Source: Eledone cirrhosa
Taxonomy: Eukaryota
NCBI GenBank assembly: GCA_964016885.1
Contig: OZ024740.1
Location: 242,048,001 to 242,112,000, forward strand
Reading direction: 5' to 3'
Length of the DNA stretch: 64,000 bases
Shown here: one piece after another, positions 13,412 through 27,521 of the stretch
How the letters are laid out: each line of letters begins with the position of its first letter
Numbering within the stretch: the stretch's first letter is position 1
Notes under the pieces: model-generated
The model's database searches: none
Seen by the model: only the letters and a program-made list of their open reading frames with translations
What the model was told of the DNA's origin: nothing
Made by a program: the position numbers and the translations under genes

Positions 13412-14165
13412 ACCTCCCGTCTGATTATCGAATGCTCAAGCTGGTGCACTACTGCACCAATTCCTGCACTTATTGCACTAAATTCATCTTCCTACCTTCC
13501 ATCACTCGTGAGAACGGTGCCAATATACTTGAACTTCTCCACCAGCTTCATTGGAACTCCACTCGCATGTAGGGTGCACTACACAAGCTTCCTTGAGAAG
13601 ACGAGTGTCTCAGTCTTTGCAGCACTGAATTTCATCCCAGCCGTTCAGCACTCGGCATCAAATTTATCAAATGCATATTGGAGGTGACATTCTGACGAGT
13701 TAGGTGTAACAGTTAGGTGGACTCTAGGTGTAAAAGCCAAACTCGTTCTTTTCAACTCTGTATTCGTGCCAACTCGTACCTTGGATAATGACCGAAAGAA
13801 TACGATCAGTAGTATAAGCTGCCGATATCTGGTTCCTCCGAAGTGTCTTTGGAGTAGTGTTATTCGATAGAGTCTGTAACTCGGAGATCACAGAGTCGTT
13901 GTTGGTAAAGCCGCCACTTCTCCGAATTTAAAGATCACAGCTCCGATACTATAGACATGTCTCAGGAAAGAATCGCTGGACAGATTCATACGCAAACCCA
14001 ACAGGCGGCAGACTCAATGGTAGACCCCCTGAGCAAGATGTTTGGATCGGATAACATATACGAGCTCGGCGGGTTCCGCTTGGGGATGCAGTCGGATCAA
14101 TTGGAGGGTATTGTATCTTACAGGACCTGCTTGAAGTAATGTTTGAAAACTCTTCCAGGAATAGG
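13412..14165. mobile_element. RTE 3' fragment with a 5' inversion (13412-13700 minus, 13723-14165 plus)
   Basis: Minus part encodes GMKFSAAKTETLV..EKFKYIG..HSIIRRE; plus part continues LGVKAKLVLFNSVFVPT; same family as 3090-5632. Confidence 0.8.
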
Positions 14166-14559
14166 TGGGTGAATAAGTGGGCCAAGATTGTCCACTGTGA
14201 TGCAGAATGGATGGAGGGGCATCAAATTTGTGACCTACTCACCATGCATTTGGATGAGTTTGATGATACCTACATAATTATAACGTGTTAAACGTCAAGA
14301 ATTATTTATTTATTTAAGTACTGAAACAAAGGGAAATAACTCAAGATGTAAAATTGAAATGTATTTGTTTGTGTTTGTGTGTTCGGTATTGTGAGAACAA
14401 TGTAAAGGAATTTAATTTTGGTGATGTGTGTTCAGTATAGCAGAAGTGTGGTGTTATGTAGTTGTATGTAATATAGAGGTTTTGTTTTAAAAGTGGGAGT
14501 TGAGTAGCATTCAAGGGGTACCGTATTATGTAAGTGTGGAAAATAGATGTATTTAGAAA

Positions 14560-14920
14560 GTATAGAAATCAATGTAAAGCTGGTTGAAGATCAAATGAAT
14601 CCTTTGAGTGTTTCCCCTTAGCAAGGAGTTGGCCTTTGAGATGCAGGTAAAATTCTTAGAGTTCAAATAATTATTTGCGGTGGTCAAACCTTGTGAGATA
14701 ATAAAATTTTCACTGGGATAGAGATAACGACTCTTAGTGCCGTTGTTAAAAGGTCTGAAATTTTCAAGTACCTCAAATAATTTATTATTTAATTGCCACA
14801 CTATTTTTGCCAGGGCAGTGCTTGTTCTCATATCAGAATTCCTGAAGCACTGGAGATACGAGTAAAACCATTGTTTAAACGAGCTGGCGCCATACCCACA
14901 TTTCACTAACTTCAGAATTC
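14560..14920 (-). mobile_element. Penelope-like element GIY-YIG/C-terminal relic
   Basis: SFKQW...FRNSDMRTSTALAKIVWQL...PFNNGTK...SENFII...LNSK resembles PLE endonuclease C-termini. Confidence 0.65.
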
Positions 14921-15063
14921 TCTGTGGTGGTGTGTTTAATATGTGCTTTCAATGGCTTTGATATTATATTTCTGCTGCAGAGATGCACTTCTCTTCAATT
15001 CTACAATAGCTACTTGAACTTATGTCGTGTTTATTCTCTGCAGTATGTGTATGTATGTATATG

Positions 15064-15449
<386 letters not shown>

Positions 15450-15636
15450 ATTTGAATTAAGTGGGGAAAAGAGATAACACGTTCGTCACAGATTATTAAT
15501 GATAAAGACAGAATAAGACCACGAACGGAAAAAAAGAAGGCAAAGCGTAAAGCAATTTTTTAGGGGGAACCTTAATTTTTCTTTCAAATAAAAATACAAA
15601 CAAAAGACACAGAACTCCAGGGTCATCGACCATTGA

Positions 15637-15700
15637 GATGGACTTTTGCAGTTTCGACCCCTACCAATGGTACTGCTGATCCACCCAGGGTCACAGCGTC
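15637..15700 (-). ncRNA. Decayed hammerhead ribozyme
   Basis: gacg-CTG.TGA (core deleted)-ccc..gggtc-GAAA-ct gcaaa a-GTC-catc. Confidence 0.45.
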
Positions 15701-15789
15701 TGACACAAGCCAAACTCTGTCCACCGGAGTAAGAGACGAAAATCAAAACATTAATTTATAGCAATTAAGACGGTACAGAGAGAGGTAAT

Positions 15790-16745
15790 GTCCAGGATGT
15801 AAAATGGTGAGAGGGGACAGGTGAGAAGGATAAAGAGTTGAAAAGTCTAAGGGCTCGATTGATGTCGTGGATGGGGGAGGGGAAGTCGGTAACTCAGGGG
15901 GCGAGGAGGGTTTCGAGGTATTCTGAGCTGATTTTAGTAAGGCAGTTACAGGTGGAAACGAAAGGACGGCCGGGATTATTAGGCTTATGTATTTGGGGGA
16001 AGAAGTAGATGGCGGGTGTGTAGTATCAGGTCGGTGGCTGTGGGAGGCATGAGAGAGGAGGAGATGATCTGGTGAATGGTTTAGGACGCGAGCTGTTGTT
16101 AGCCAGGGGTGGGATCGGAGGATAAAGGGTGTTACAAATGGGTGTCATGAAGTTAGCGGGGGCCCTCAGTCTTGTAGAGGTCTACGCTCCATACCACCAC
16201 GGTGCCACCTTTGTCGGTGGGGTTGATGAAAATGTCATCTCGACGTCGTAGGGCTACGAAGAGCGGAGAGCTCGGCCCGGGTGGAGTTTAGTGCGACGAG
16301 AACGCTTGTGGAAACTGAACCGGTTCACACTGCGTCGGCAAGTGTCCACAAAGGACTCAAGGGTGCTGAACTTGACAGAGCTCGGCGTTCAGTGTGATTG
16401 CCGGCGACTGATACTAGTAAAGTCATCCGTCTGGGTCGATGAGGGGGTGTCGTAGAAAAAAGCTTTGATGTTTAGTCAACGGAAGAGCCCTTCAATCTCG
16501 GCAAGTGTGCGGAATTCGTCACAGGTGGATATGATAGGGAGGAAACGCAAACCCCTGGCGAGAAGGGAGCTCTCACCTCCAGAGAGCGATAGGTCCTGGG
16601 GTATGGTGACACCAGTGGAGGTATGTGAGGGGTTGAAAGTTGTGGAGATAGGGGGCTGTAGTGGTTAGGAAAGGAGTGGGGTGTAGGCAAAGAGAGAGGG
16701 GGTCGTAGGTGACGGGATAGTAAGTTTAGGGCTGCATGTATAATG
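15790..16745 (-). mobile_element. Penelope-like RT N-terminal fragment (pseudogene)
   Basis: ALRRRDDIFINPTDKGGTVVVW (DKG motif) and IYFFPQIHKPNNPGRPFVS. Confidence 0.85.
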
Positions 16746-16774
16746 AGCATATATATATATATATATATATATAT

Positions 16775-16952
16775 AACAAAGAGGATGCGGTAAGATACCA
16801 AGTGCACCATAACGCACCAGAGTACTCGATACAAGGGTAGTAGAGTGGGTAAGAGGAAAAGCGTCAGGACCAGGACGGCTGCGCTCCGGCCGTTTCTAAT
16901 CTAGCTGTCAAAACGGCCGGAGCTCAGCCGTCGTGGTCCTGACTCTTTTCTT
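16775..16952. mobile_element. PLE pLTR-like fragment with fold-back and half HHR
   Basis: Imperfect palindrome 16853-16952; minus arm reads GAAA cggc..gcc GTC; shares CCATAACGCACCAGAGTACTC with 15176-15384. Confidence 0.65.
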
Positions 16953-16979
16953 ATATATATGTATATGTGCGTGTGAGTA

Positions 16980-17022
<43 letters not shown>

Positions 17023-17267
17023 TGTTATACTTTGGGAGGGTCATGTTGCCAATAAGAAACACACGCACCAGTTGCTTTCACTTCAATTTATTACATATTT
17101 ATAAATTTACAAATTTATAAATTTATAAATTTCTGGTTGGTTGGTTGGTTGGTTCCACAACCAGATAGTTGTTTATATATAGTCATAGTTCTTTCGTCAC
17201 ACACTCTGTGACCTCTTCAGTGACTGGGGACTCCTTTCTTTGTTTCTGTGCCTCTCCTTTGTTCTGT

Positions 17268-17270
<3 letters not shown>
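17023..17270 (-). mobile_element. Solo PLE pLTR-like element with an HHR motif at 17181-17225
   Basis: agtca-CTGAAGA-g gtcaca gagtg tgtgac-GAAA-g aa-CTA-tgact; terminal motif CATGACCCTCCCAAAGTATAAC shared with the PLE end at ~37026-37047. Confidence 0.65.
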
Positions 17271-17302
<32 letters not shown>

Positions 17303-17304
<2 letters not shown>

Positions 17305-17530
17305 GTTAACCTTGGTCTTCCTCTTCTAGTGTGTCCATGTAGGGGCTCCCAAAGGGGTACTGAGTGCAATATCAACTCTGGATGTCGGTGAGCATGTCCA
17401 GCCAATCTCAGTCTCCTCTGTGTCACTTTTGAGCTGGTCTGTTGGAGACGCAGGACATGGCAGCGATAATGAGGGACAGAGACCGCTGGAGAGAACTCGT
17501 CCATGGATCTCGGGAATTTTACCCGCCTTA
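17303..17530. mobile_element. RTE/RTEX 3'-terminal fragment with a 5' inversion
   Basis: Minus: RRLRLAGHAHRHPE..LWEPLHG..RRGRPRLTY; plus: DMAAIMRDRDRWRELV..stop, then (TA)n. Confidence 0.75.
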
Positions 17531-17531
17531 G

Positions 17532-17564
<33 letters not shown>

Positions 17565-18581
17565 TATTCCAACAATATAATGTGAAATTAGAACTTGAAA
17601 TTATAAGTATTCTAAATAACAAGATACCTGATTTCTCATGAATTTCAAAATTGCAATAGAAATCAGTACTCATAGATACACGCTAGTGCAATATAGACAG
17701 CTACGTGGGTTGATGTTTGTTTTCAGAAAGATCTCTCTGTATAAACGAACGTATACTCAGTGAAAGTTTCCAATCCATTCGCCACAAATCGTGTTTAGCG
17801 ATTACTTCATGACAAAGCAGTGATATAAACATTCAAGCTTACATCCGAACTCATGTTAAAACATTAATAATAACAATTCTGTTCTCAAGGGTGAAATAAA
17901 ATTCGACTACTCTTTTATTTTCTTTAATTTGAACACATTTTTTTTCGTTGTTCTGAATGGTTTTTAACAGCATACAAGTGGAATGGATGCGCTAATACTG
18001 GTTATAGTAATTCTTCGAAATAGTATCCATTTCGTGGATTACCATGTTAAAAAAATTGAAAATGAAAGAAAAAGATTCTCCAGAGATACTTTTAAATATA
18101 GCCTACGCTAAATGTATCATGTTCATGTAATTGCTGATAACATTGTAAAAAGCAAGGGAAATTTGTTCTAAAAATAAAATGTATGATCAGAAGAAATTAA
18201 TGCAAAACATTTCTAATGCGATACGTAATATGGTTATTCCAAAACCATGCATCATTTCTTTTAAAATTTCAAAATTTCCCTATTAATTTAGCTGTCTAGA
18301 GAATTAAGTGCAAGTTTTAAATCATAACTATTTATAACGCATCTGGTTATTCCCATTTGTGCATTCATACCTTATTTATGAAGGACAAATAACAGTGCAC
18401 AACAGACATAGAAAATCGACGTTCGAACCATAGAAAATATACGTAAAACTCCACAGAACTATCCTCAAAATAGGTATCACAAGGTGCAATATTCAAGCGT
18501 GATAAGGAGCAAGAGAACAGTAATTGTAATCCATGTTTCGTTATCTTGAAATCCATCAGAAATGTTTAGATGGATTTCTTT

Positions 18582-20160
18582 GGGACAGATCATATGAGAC
18601 AGATCATATGAGACAGATCTAGGGGACAGATCATATGAGACAGATCATTTGAGACAGATCATATGAGACAGATCATATGAGACAGATCATATGAGACAGA
18701 TCATATGAGACAGATCATATGAGACAGATCATATGAGACAGATCATATGAGACAGATCATATGAGACAGATCATATGAGACAGATCTATGGGACAGATCA
18801 TATGAGACAGATCATATGAGACAGATCATATGAGACAGATCATATGAGACAGATCATATGAGACAGATCATATGAGACAGATCATATGAGACAGATCATA
18901 TGAGACAGATTATATGAGACAGATCATATGGGACAGATCTATGGGACAGATCATATGAGACAGATCATATGAGACAGATCTATGGGACAGATTATATGAG
19001 ACAGATCATATGAGACAGATAATATGAGACAGATCATATGAGACAGATCATATGAGACAGATGATATGAGACAGACCATATGAGACAGATCATATGAGAC
19101 AGATCATATGAGACAGACCATATGAGACAGATCATATGAGACAGATCTATGGGACAGATCTATGGGACAGATCATATGAGACAGATCATATGAGACAGAT
19201 CTAGAGGACAGATCATATGAGACAGATCTATGGGACAGATCATATGAGACAGATTATATGAGACAGATCATATGAGACAGATCTATGGGACAGATCATAT
19301 GAGACAGATCATATGGGACAGATCATATGAGACAGATTATATGAGACAGATCATATGAGACAGATCTATGGGACAGATCATATGAGACAGACCATATGGG
19401 ACAGATCATATGAGACAGATTATATGAGACAGATCATATGAGACAGATCTATGGGACAGATCATCTGAGACAGATCATATGAGACAGATCTATGGGACAG
19501 ATCATATGAGACAGATCATATGAGACAGATCTATGGGACAGATCATATGAGACAGATCATTTGAGACAGACCATATGAGACAGATCTATGGGACAGATCT
19601 ATGGGACAGATTATATGAGACAGATCATATGAGACAGACCATATGAGACAGATCTATGGGACAGATCATATGAGACAGATCATATGAGACAGATCATATG
19701 AGACAGATCATATGAGACAGATCATATGAGACAGATCATATGAGACAGATCATATGAGACAGATCTATGGGACAGATCATATGAGACAGATCATATGAGA
19801 CAGATCATATGAGACAGATCATATGAGACAGATCATATGAGACAGATCATATGAGACAGATCATATGAGACAGATCATATGAGACAGATCTATGGGACAG
19901 ATCATATGAGACAGATCATATGAGACAGATCATATGAGACAGATCATATGAGACAGATCATATGAGACAGATCTAGGGGACAGATCATATGAGACAGATC
20001 ATATGAGACAGATCATATGAGACAGATCATATGAGACAGATCATATGAGACAGATCATATGAGACAGATCTAGGGGACAGATCATATGGGACAGATCATA
20101 TGAGACAGATCATATGAGACAGATCATTTGAGACAGATCTAGGGGACAGATCATATGAGA
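18582..20160. repeat. Minisatellite, 14-bp unit GATCATATGAGACA with 13-bp variants GATCTATGGGACA/GATCTAGGGGACA
   Basis: Direct reading; more than 100 units. Confidence 0.97.
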
Positions 20161-20762
20161 ATACGAAAATAAAATCGGATACGTTTTCAGCAAACACCAC
20201 CCGTTCTCATAGTTTTAAATAATTGATTAATTAATTGATTGGTTAATTTGTTTATAATTACTAGTCGAGAGCCTATTTTTGATGTTCTATTCACCAACAT
20301 GAATTTCAGCCTAAAAAATGTCTTCTTTTGAGATCAGGAAATACTCAGTGCCAATTACTACTACAGTACGGCACGCAGACTCTTCATAACAAGATCGAAG
20401 ACGATTTATCGAACGAATGCCTGCTCATGACGGAGCACCACTTCCATTGCGTAACAACTGCTAGATGCACTTACGACTTGCATATGCACATTTCAACTCG
20501 TAATGCACTACTTTTGGAGCTCTAGAAATAGTTGTTATTGGATGATTAGTAGACTTTAATTTATTATTTTAATTGATCTGTATTAGCTTTTCCTGTCGTA
20601 GACAATACATTCATCACTCTGGTGGTCTTCTATCTCCTACGATTAAATACGTACCTCTGTGCGTAATTCGCTCTATATACTGATTTATAAAGAGTCCGGA
20701 ATCTATCCTTGGGCTCATTAAATTATAGGGGATTAACGTGAGTCTTTAACTCCTTTTTTAAT

Positions 20763-20825
<63 letters not shown>

Positions 20826-21747
20826 ACAAGCACAGGGGCATATTTAAAGATTTTTTTATCCAATAGAATGAATATTTTTATAATTGTTACATTAAATGGA
20901 TATACATTTTGTCAAATATTACCGGTTTCTATTAGTACGTCAATTATCAAACATTAAAAAAGTTTAATCTCATTTAATGTGGGCAGTTAGACGATATGTG
21001 AATTTTCAGTCAACATTTCTTCTTATATATGTTCAATATGAAGGTGGGGTGGTGATGGTGGAAATGGGGTTCAACACATCAGGATTCAAGTGATTCACTA
21101 GAAAATCCTCTTGGTTAAAATAGTAAATTCCTTTTCTATTCATAATAATAGTCCAGATGGCATTTTTGTTGTCCAGTAGGTTGGACATGCTCAAGAGTAT
21201 GTTTCGCCTTAAAAAGTGAAGATTCCATATTGCAAAGAGCATGTCAACAAGTGGACTACAATATAGTCCACACTTCTAAAAATATATCAGATTACTAAAA
21301 TAACGCACATGGTGTATTTAAACACATGCCTCTATGTGTACTTCTCTCTATATATTGATTTTATATATATATATATATATATATATGTCTGTGTGTGTGT
21401 GTGTGTATATTAATATATGTGTGTGTATGTGTGTGTGTGTATTGCTTTGTTGGAGCACCAATATAAATCTTAATTTAAGCCGGGTCGGCTACCGATTCGT
21501 ATGCTAATGAGTTTCAACAGCTCATAAACATAAGCAGAATTCTATAAAAATAAGAATCTAGCTTATTTTAGCTTCAGCAAAGGCAAGGAGATATGTAATT
21601 TTGATAAACATTAACAAGCGAAAAACGATTGCATCGTCGATTACTTTTCCTCTTTTTGCTGAAGCTAGGTATGTGACGATCACCACAACCTTAAAATTCA
21701 TAGCGAAAGGCCTTCAAATGTTTGTCATAAACATCCTGTATATTTTT

Positions 21748-21797
<50 letters not shown>

Positions 21798-21907
21798 AAT
21801 TAATATCTAGTAACATATATATACATACAGATGCATATCAATGATAGCAAATATATAGGTTTTGTCTTAGTAACTTTGTGGTTCAATGCATGGGGTTTAC
21901 ATCTCTC

Positions 21908-22008
<101 letters not shown>

Positions 22009-23371
22009 CAGACAGAAACTAGTGCCAGTTCCCGATAGTGGATCACTACTCCCAAACGGCCTGCCCATCAAGCCAATGGAGTGTCATCATATAAAAGCTG
22101 TTTTTGCTGTTGTTTAGTCCCTGGTAGAACTTATGTTTTATACTATTCCGCTCACGTTTTTTGCAGTTCATGACCTCCCTTTGTAAAACGGTATAAAGAT
22201 TTAGCTTTTTCTAGGAGGTTAAACGATAATGTAGAGGGAGTGCTTATGGGTAACATTCTGCACCATTCTTGGTGAATTGATAGAAGCCTTAGAGCGTGGG
22301 TATTTATTCTGTCGCCATGCATTTTCAGTTCTGAATTTATATTCCGTTATTAATAAATAAAACCTTACTTTAGGGCGTTGGTCTACTTTGTGTATGTGTT
22401 CTAGCTCTTTGTTTTCTGAGTTTAAATTATGCCGTGATAAAGTTAATCTGGTTTAACACCACTACTTGACCTTTGAGTGCTTTTAGTTCGATTCATTCTG
22501 TTTTAAGCAATCAGGGCACCCGCCTGATGATGAGCCATATCTCATGCTGCCCACTTCTCAAAAAAGGCTGCCCATGACTGGTTTAGACGAACAAACTGTT
22601 TCTATCGCTAATACTGTAGGCTTTATTCATGAGAGCTGGCTAACCTTGTCAAGCCTCCTCACAGGCATCCACGACTCACATATTTATATGTCCAGTCACC
22701 CATTTTGCGTTTACCTAAGGCCCCGCACTAACTACTATGTCCGATTTTGTTCATTTGCAAAATGTCGGTTCGCTGGAATTCCTTCTCAGCTCATGTTTAT
22801 GTGCCAGTTGGCAGTCGCCTACTGGCATCAGTTCAAGAGTAACATTAACTGCAAATATTTCTCTGATATCGGAGGTCCTTCCACCACGACGAGTAATCCA
22901 ATAAATAAAATGATAAAAATATACTGACTGGTTATTACGTAATAAAAAGTGAGTTTGATTGTTTAAAATATGTTTTACGTCAGACAAAAAAGAAAGAAAA
23001 GCAGAGTAGGTTCATTAGAAAAAAATATCACTAATTTTACAAGAAAAATCACTAAGCAGTCCAGCCATGCTGATATATATTTTTCATATATATTTTATCC
23101 TACGAGTTCTTCCTTTTTAAAAATTGTATGGTGTGGGGTTTTTTTTTTTTTGGGGGGGGGGGGGGGGGTTGGCTGTTTTTTATTTGCCTTTCGAGCAACT
23201 GTGTAGAGGCTTCTCGTTTTATAAGAATTTATTTTACCAATATATATATGCGGGTGCATATATACACTAAATGTTTACGTAAATTAATACACATACGCAC
23301 ATCTTTGTGTGTGTATGTGTGTGTGCATGTGTGTGTGCATGTGTGTGTATGTGTGAGTGTGTGTGTGTGTT

Positions 23372-23422
<51 letters not shown>

Positions 23423-23725
23423 GAACACAAAGATACGATTAGTCAACTCCTAAAACTACCATAACTACAAATCTGAGTAAGTGCCTGTAAGAATTTAGCG
23501 ATCATACAATGGCATATGTTTCAACTTGGCCTTGACAAACATCTTCAACAGACTAAAACTAGAATAAAATAGATTGTTGAGCTCCTATCGTCTTAGTACG
23601 AAGAACTTGTAAACGTAGACATGTTCAGCTATACAAAGCAAGGACAGAAAAAAAATGACTACCATAAAAAAGACAACCAAGAAACCAAGTTAATAGAAGT
23701 TAAAAAACAAAGTGTTATTGCGCGT

Positions 23726-23779
<54 letters not shown>

Positions 23780-24009
23780 TGCTTACGCACGTGCACAAGT
23801 ATGGCTCTTTTTACAAAAAGGGTTTTTTTTTCCATTTAAGGTAGACGCGCTCCATCATCCACTTTTCTAAAAAATAAATCATACACAAAACGCCAGCACC
23901 AACAGTTTTGCAAGAGATGTCAACATGAATGGACCTATTATTTTTATCTAAAGACATTTTTTTCCAATTCCAACCTGCCCCTCCCCTCAATCTCCCTTAT
24001 TTCTCATAC

Positions 24010-24050
24010 TTTCTTCTGATGAAAGACTAGCGTCCAAAATGTTAAGACAC
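24010..24050 (+). ncRNA. Decayed minimal hammerhead relic
   Basis: CTGATGA aa gac tagc gtc CAAAATGTTA; the expected CGAAACG appears decayed to CAAAATG. Confidence 0.4.
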
Positions 24051-24142
24051 TCTTCCAGCTATATCAAGCGTTAACCTAATATATCCCTTCCATATACTGT
24101 ACCGATTGTGTTGTTATTTCTGTTTACACACACACACACATC

Positions 24143-25052
<910 letters not shown>

Positions 25053-26729
25053 TAACTCCCTTGACAACTTGAATTTGTTGGTATGGGGTTTTTCAGGGCA
25101 CTGGATCTATTTTTTTTCTTGGGCGATCTTCCAGTTTTAGCCTGATTACACCATATATCCCTTGGAGGTTTATTTAATTACATTTACTCATCTTCCTACA
25201 AGTGTTATAGTACAGCTATTACGTGTTCATCTTTACATCAGACTAGAATAGAATCTTGTTCAATTCCCATGCACTGGATATTAATCTACCTGTTAGGTAG
25301 AGATCAGCAGAGAAGAATTCATATATTTCATCCTGATAGACTATCAACCTGATAGTCGCGTGTTCTTGTCAGCCTTACAACCTCCTATTTCTCATAACTT
25401 TCCAATTTCCTGATGAACGACTAACGTCTGATACGTTGACACTTTACTAGCAAGCATGAAACTAATAAGACTTTGTGTAATTGTATCTCTGTGTTTGCCT
25501 TTTTTAATCTTGAATTATGTAGATATATAACGTAAAAGGTGCAAATCTGAAGCTTCTTTTACCTACATTATACAACAACATGTATAAGTAATCTAATATA
25601 TGTGCAATTGTACATCAAAACGCATAAGTGTGAAAATATTCCTTTCTTTGCCATAACATAATGTCATCCGAATTTAATCTATCGGCTGGTTTAACACCTG
25701 GAATTTGGGTGCCTTTAGTCACTTTGTTACAAACATATGTTACATACTCTTGCACTTCGGAAAACTGCATGCATTTCCCTCACAATTGTGCCAACATTAG
25801 GTTTAATTCTGCTTGACAAAATTACTTCGTCAAACACCATTGTGACAATAGATGTCAGACTAATACCTCTCATTCCGTAGACATTTTAATTATCATTTCT
25901 TTCTTCCATTCTTTGGGAGTGTCACCTGTTCACCAGGTGTAATTAAGTAAACTTGCCAACGTAAATGGTATCAAGATACCATTAACTTTTACTATTTAGG
26001 GTCTGATTCTGTCTGCAACAGTTGCTTTATGATGCCTCATAATACTTTATAGCATCCTAAGCTGTAATGTTCCCCGTTTCAATGTCCAGTCCTCATTCAG
26101 CAGGAGAATATTTTCTTCATATTGCTTCAAAGTCTTCATTCCAACTATTTTTCTGTATATCTCTAACTGGGTGCTATTTATGTAATTTGTATAATATGTT
26201 GCTAAGCTATACGAATATTCTCCCTTTTTATCTATCCATTTGATCCTCTGTCTTATCCGCAATGTCATTAAAACTACTTCCCCTTATCATACTTAATAAG
26301 TATTCATAACTCGCTTCTAAGGCTTCCATATTTGGTTCTTAAAATAGGCAAACTAATTCCTTACATTTTCACATTAAGTTTTGCTATTTTCATTTTTTGT
26401 ATCATGTCCCCTTTTCATTTGTAATCCATCTTTTCCTCTTAGGTTTTCAAATGCTTCAAAAGGTTACTTTTGTTGCTTCTAATTGAATCCCGTGATTACC
26501 TTTTCACATCTGATGTATATCCACTTCCAGATTCCCACACGAACTCTTCTTTAAGAGTTTCACTAATTCTTATTTCCTCTATATTAAACTTTGGAGTCGA
26601 TATTCTAGTTATTATCCTTTTATTCTAGTTGTCATGTTAGCTTATTTTTTAAGTTAGACTAGCAGAGGTACCCGGCGTTTCTCGGTATATCTCTTAATGG
26701 AGTGGTCGTTCAAATGAACCGAAAGACTT

Positions 26730-27150
26730 CCGTTAAACACGACTATAGAAGTAACAATTTATATGTGTTGGCCCTAAAGAGGGCCTTTGAGCGTTCACTT
26801 TGAAATATCTCTGCGGCGGGGCTGCCAGCAAAGACGAATCCAATGGTAACAATTTAAAGTTGGTAGTCCTAAAGAGACCTTGGATGTTTCACTCTTAAAA
26901 GTCTCCGTGGCGGTGCTGCCAGCAAAGACGAATCCAGCGATAACAATTTATAGTTGCTGGCCCTGAAGAGGATCTTTTAACGTTCACTTTGAAATATCTC
27001 AGCGGCAGTGCTGCCAGCAAAGATGAATTCGATGGTAACAATCTAAACTTAGTGGCCCTGAAGAGGGCCTTGGATCGTTCACTCTTAAAAGTCCCAGCGG
27101 CAGAGCTGTCAGCAAAGACGACTCCGTTTAGAGGTGGTGGCCCTTAAGAT
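26730..27150. repeat. Helitron subterminal tandem repeats (~90 bp, diverged)
   Basis: Recurrent GCTGCCAGCAAAGACGAATCC..TAACAATTTA..GGCCCTGAAGAG. Confidence 0.75.
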
Positions 27151-27521
27151 GTCCTTCACACCACTTTGGTGTGTTGTATTTGCTTTGCTTGTTATTTGAG
27201 ATTGTAACCTAGAAAAGCATGTAACAGTCGGTGACCACAAAAGCGGCCTTGGCAAGATCACGCTGGAATGTCAAAAAAATGTGTAAATAAGATGTAGGAA
27301 AAAGTAGATTAATTAGGTTAAAACTACGGAACATCGATAGCAAAGCTTAATAGCAACATATAAATGCGGAAAACGGAGACATTGAACATTTATAACGTAT
27401 AGCAAAAGCAACCAGAGAGGCGTCCGTGGTATTGTCAAAAGGACAAATATAGCACACGGATACAGCAAATGTAAGCACTTATGAAAAAAAAACAGCGATT
27501 ACATGTTGGCGGATGGAGTGC

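Noticed and set aside
17628-18570. Minus-strand exon candidates with GT donors near 17627 and 18370
   Set aside because: No consistent open frame or recognisable product
18582-20160. CRISPR-like or coding repeat
   Set aside because: No unique spacers; 14/13-bp units give stops on both strands; eukaryotic context
21595-21644. HHR-shaped relic (gtaatt-TTGATAA...GAAA..acga/tcgt-C-gattac)
   Set aside because: Two core substitutions and no stem II; counted only as a relic
22520-22560. CTGATGA followed by a small hairpin
   Set aside because: No GAAA and no stems I or III
25405-25475. CTGATGA...GAAACTAATA motif
   Set aside because: Stem I does not pair; at best an old relic
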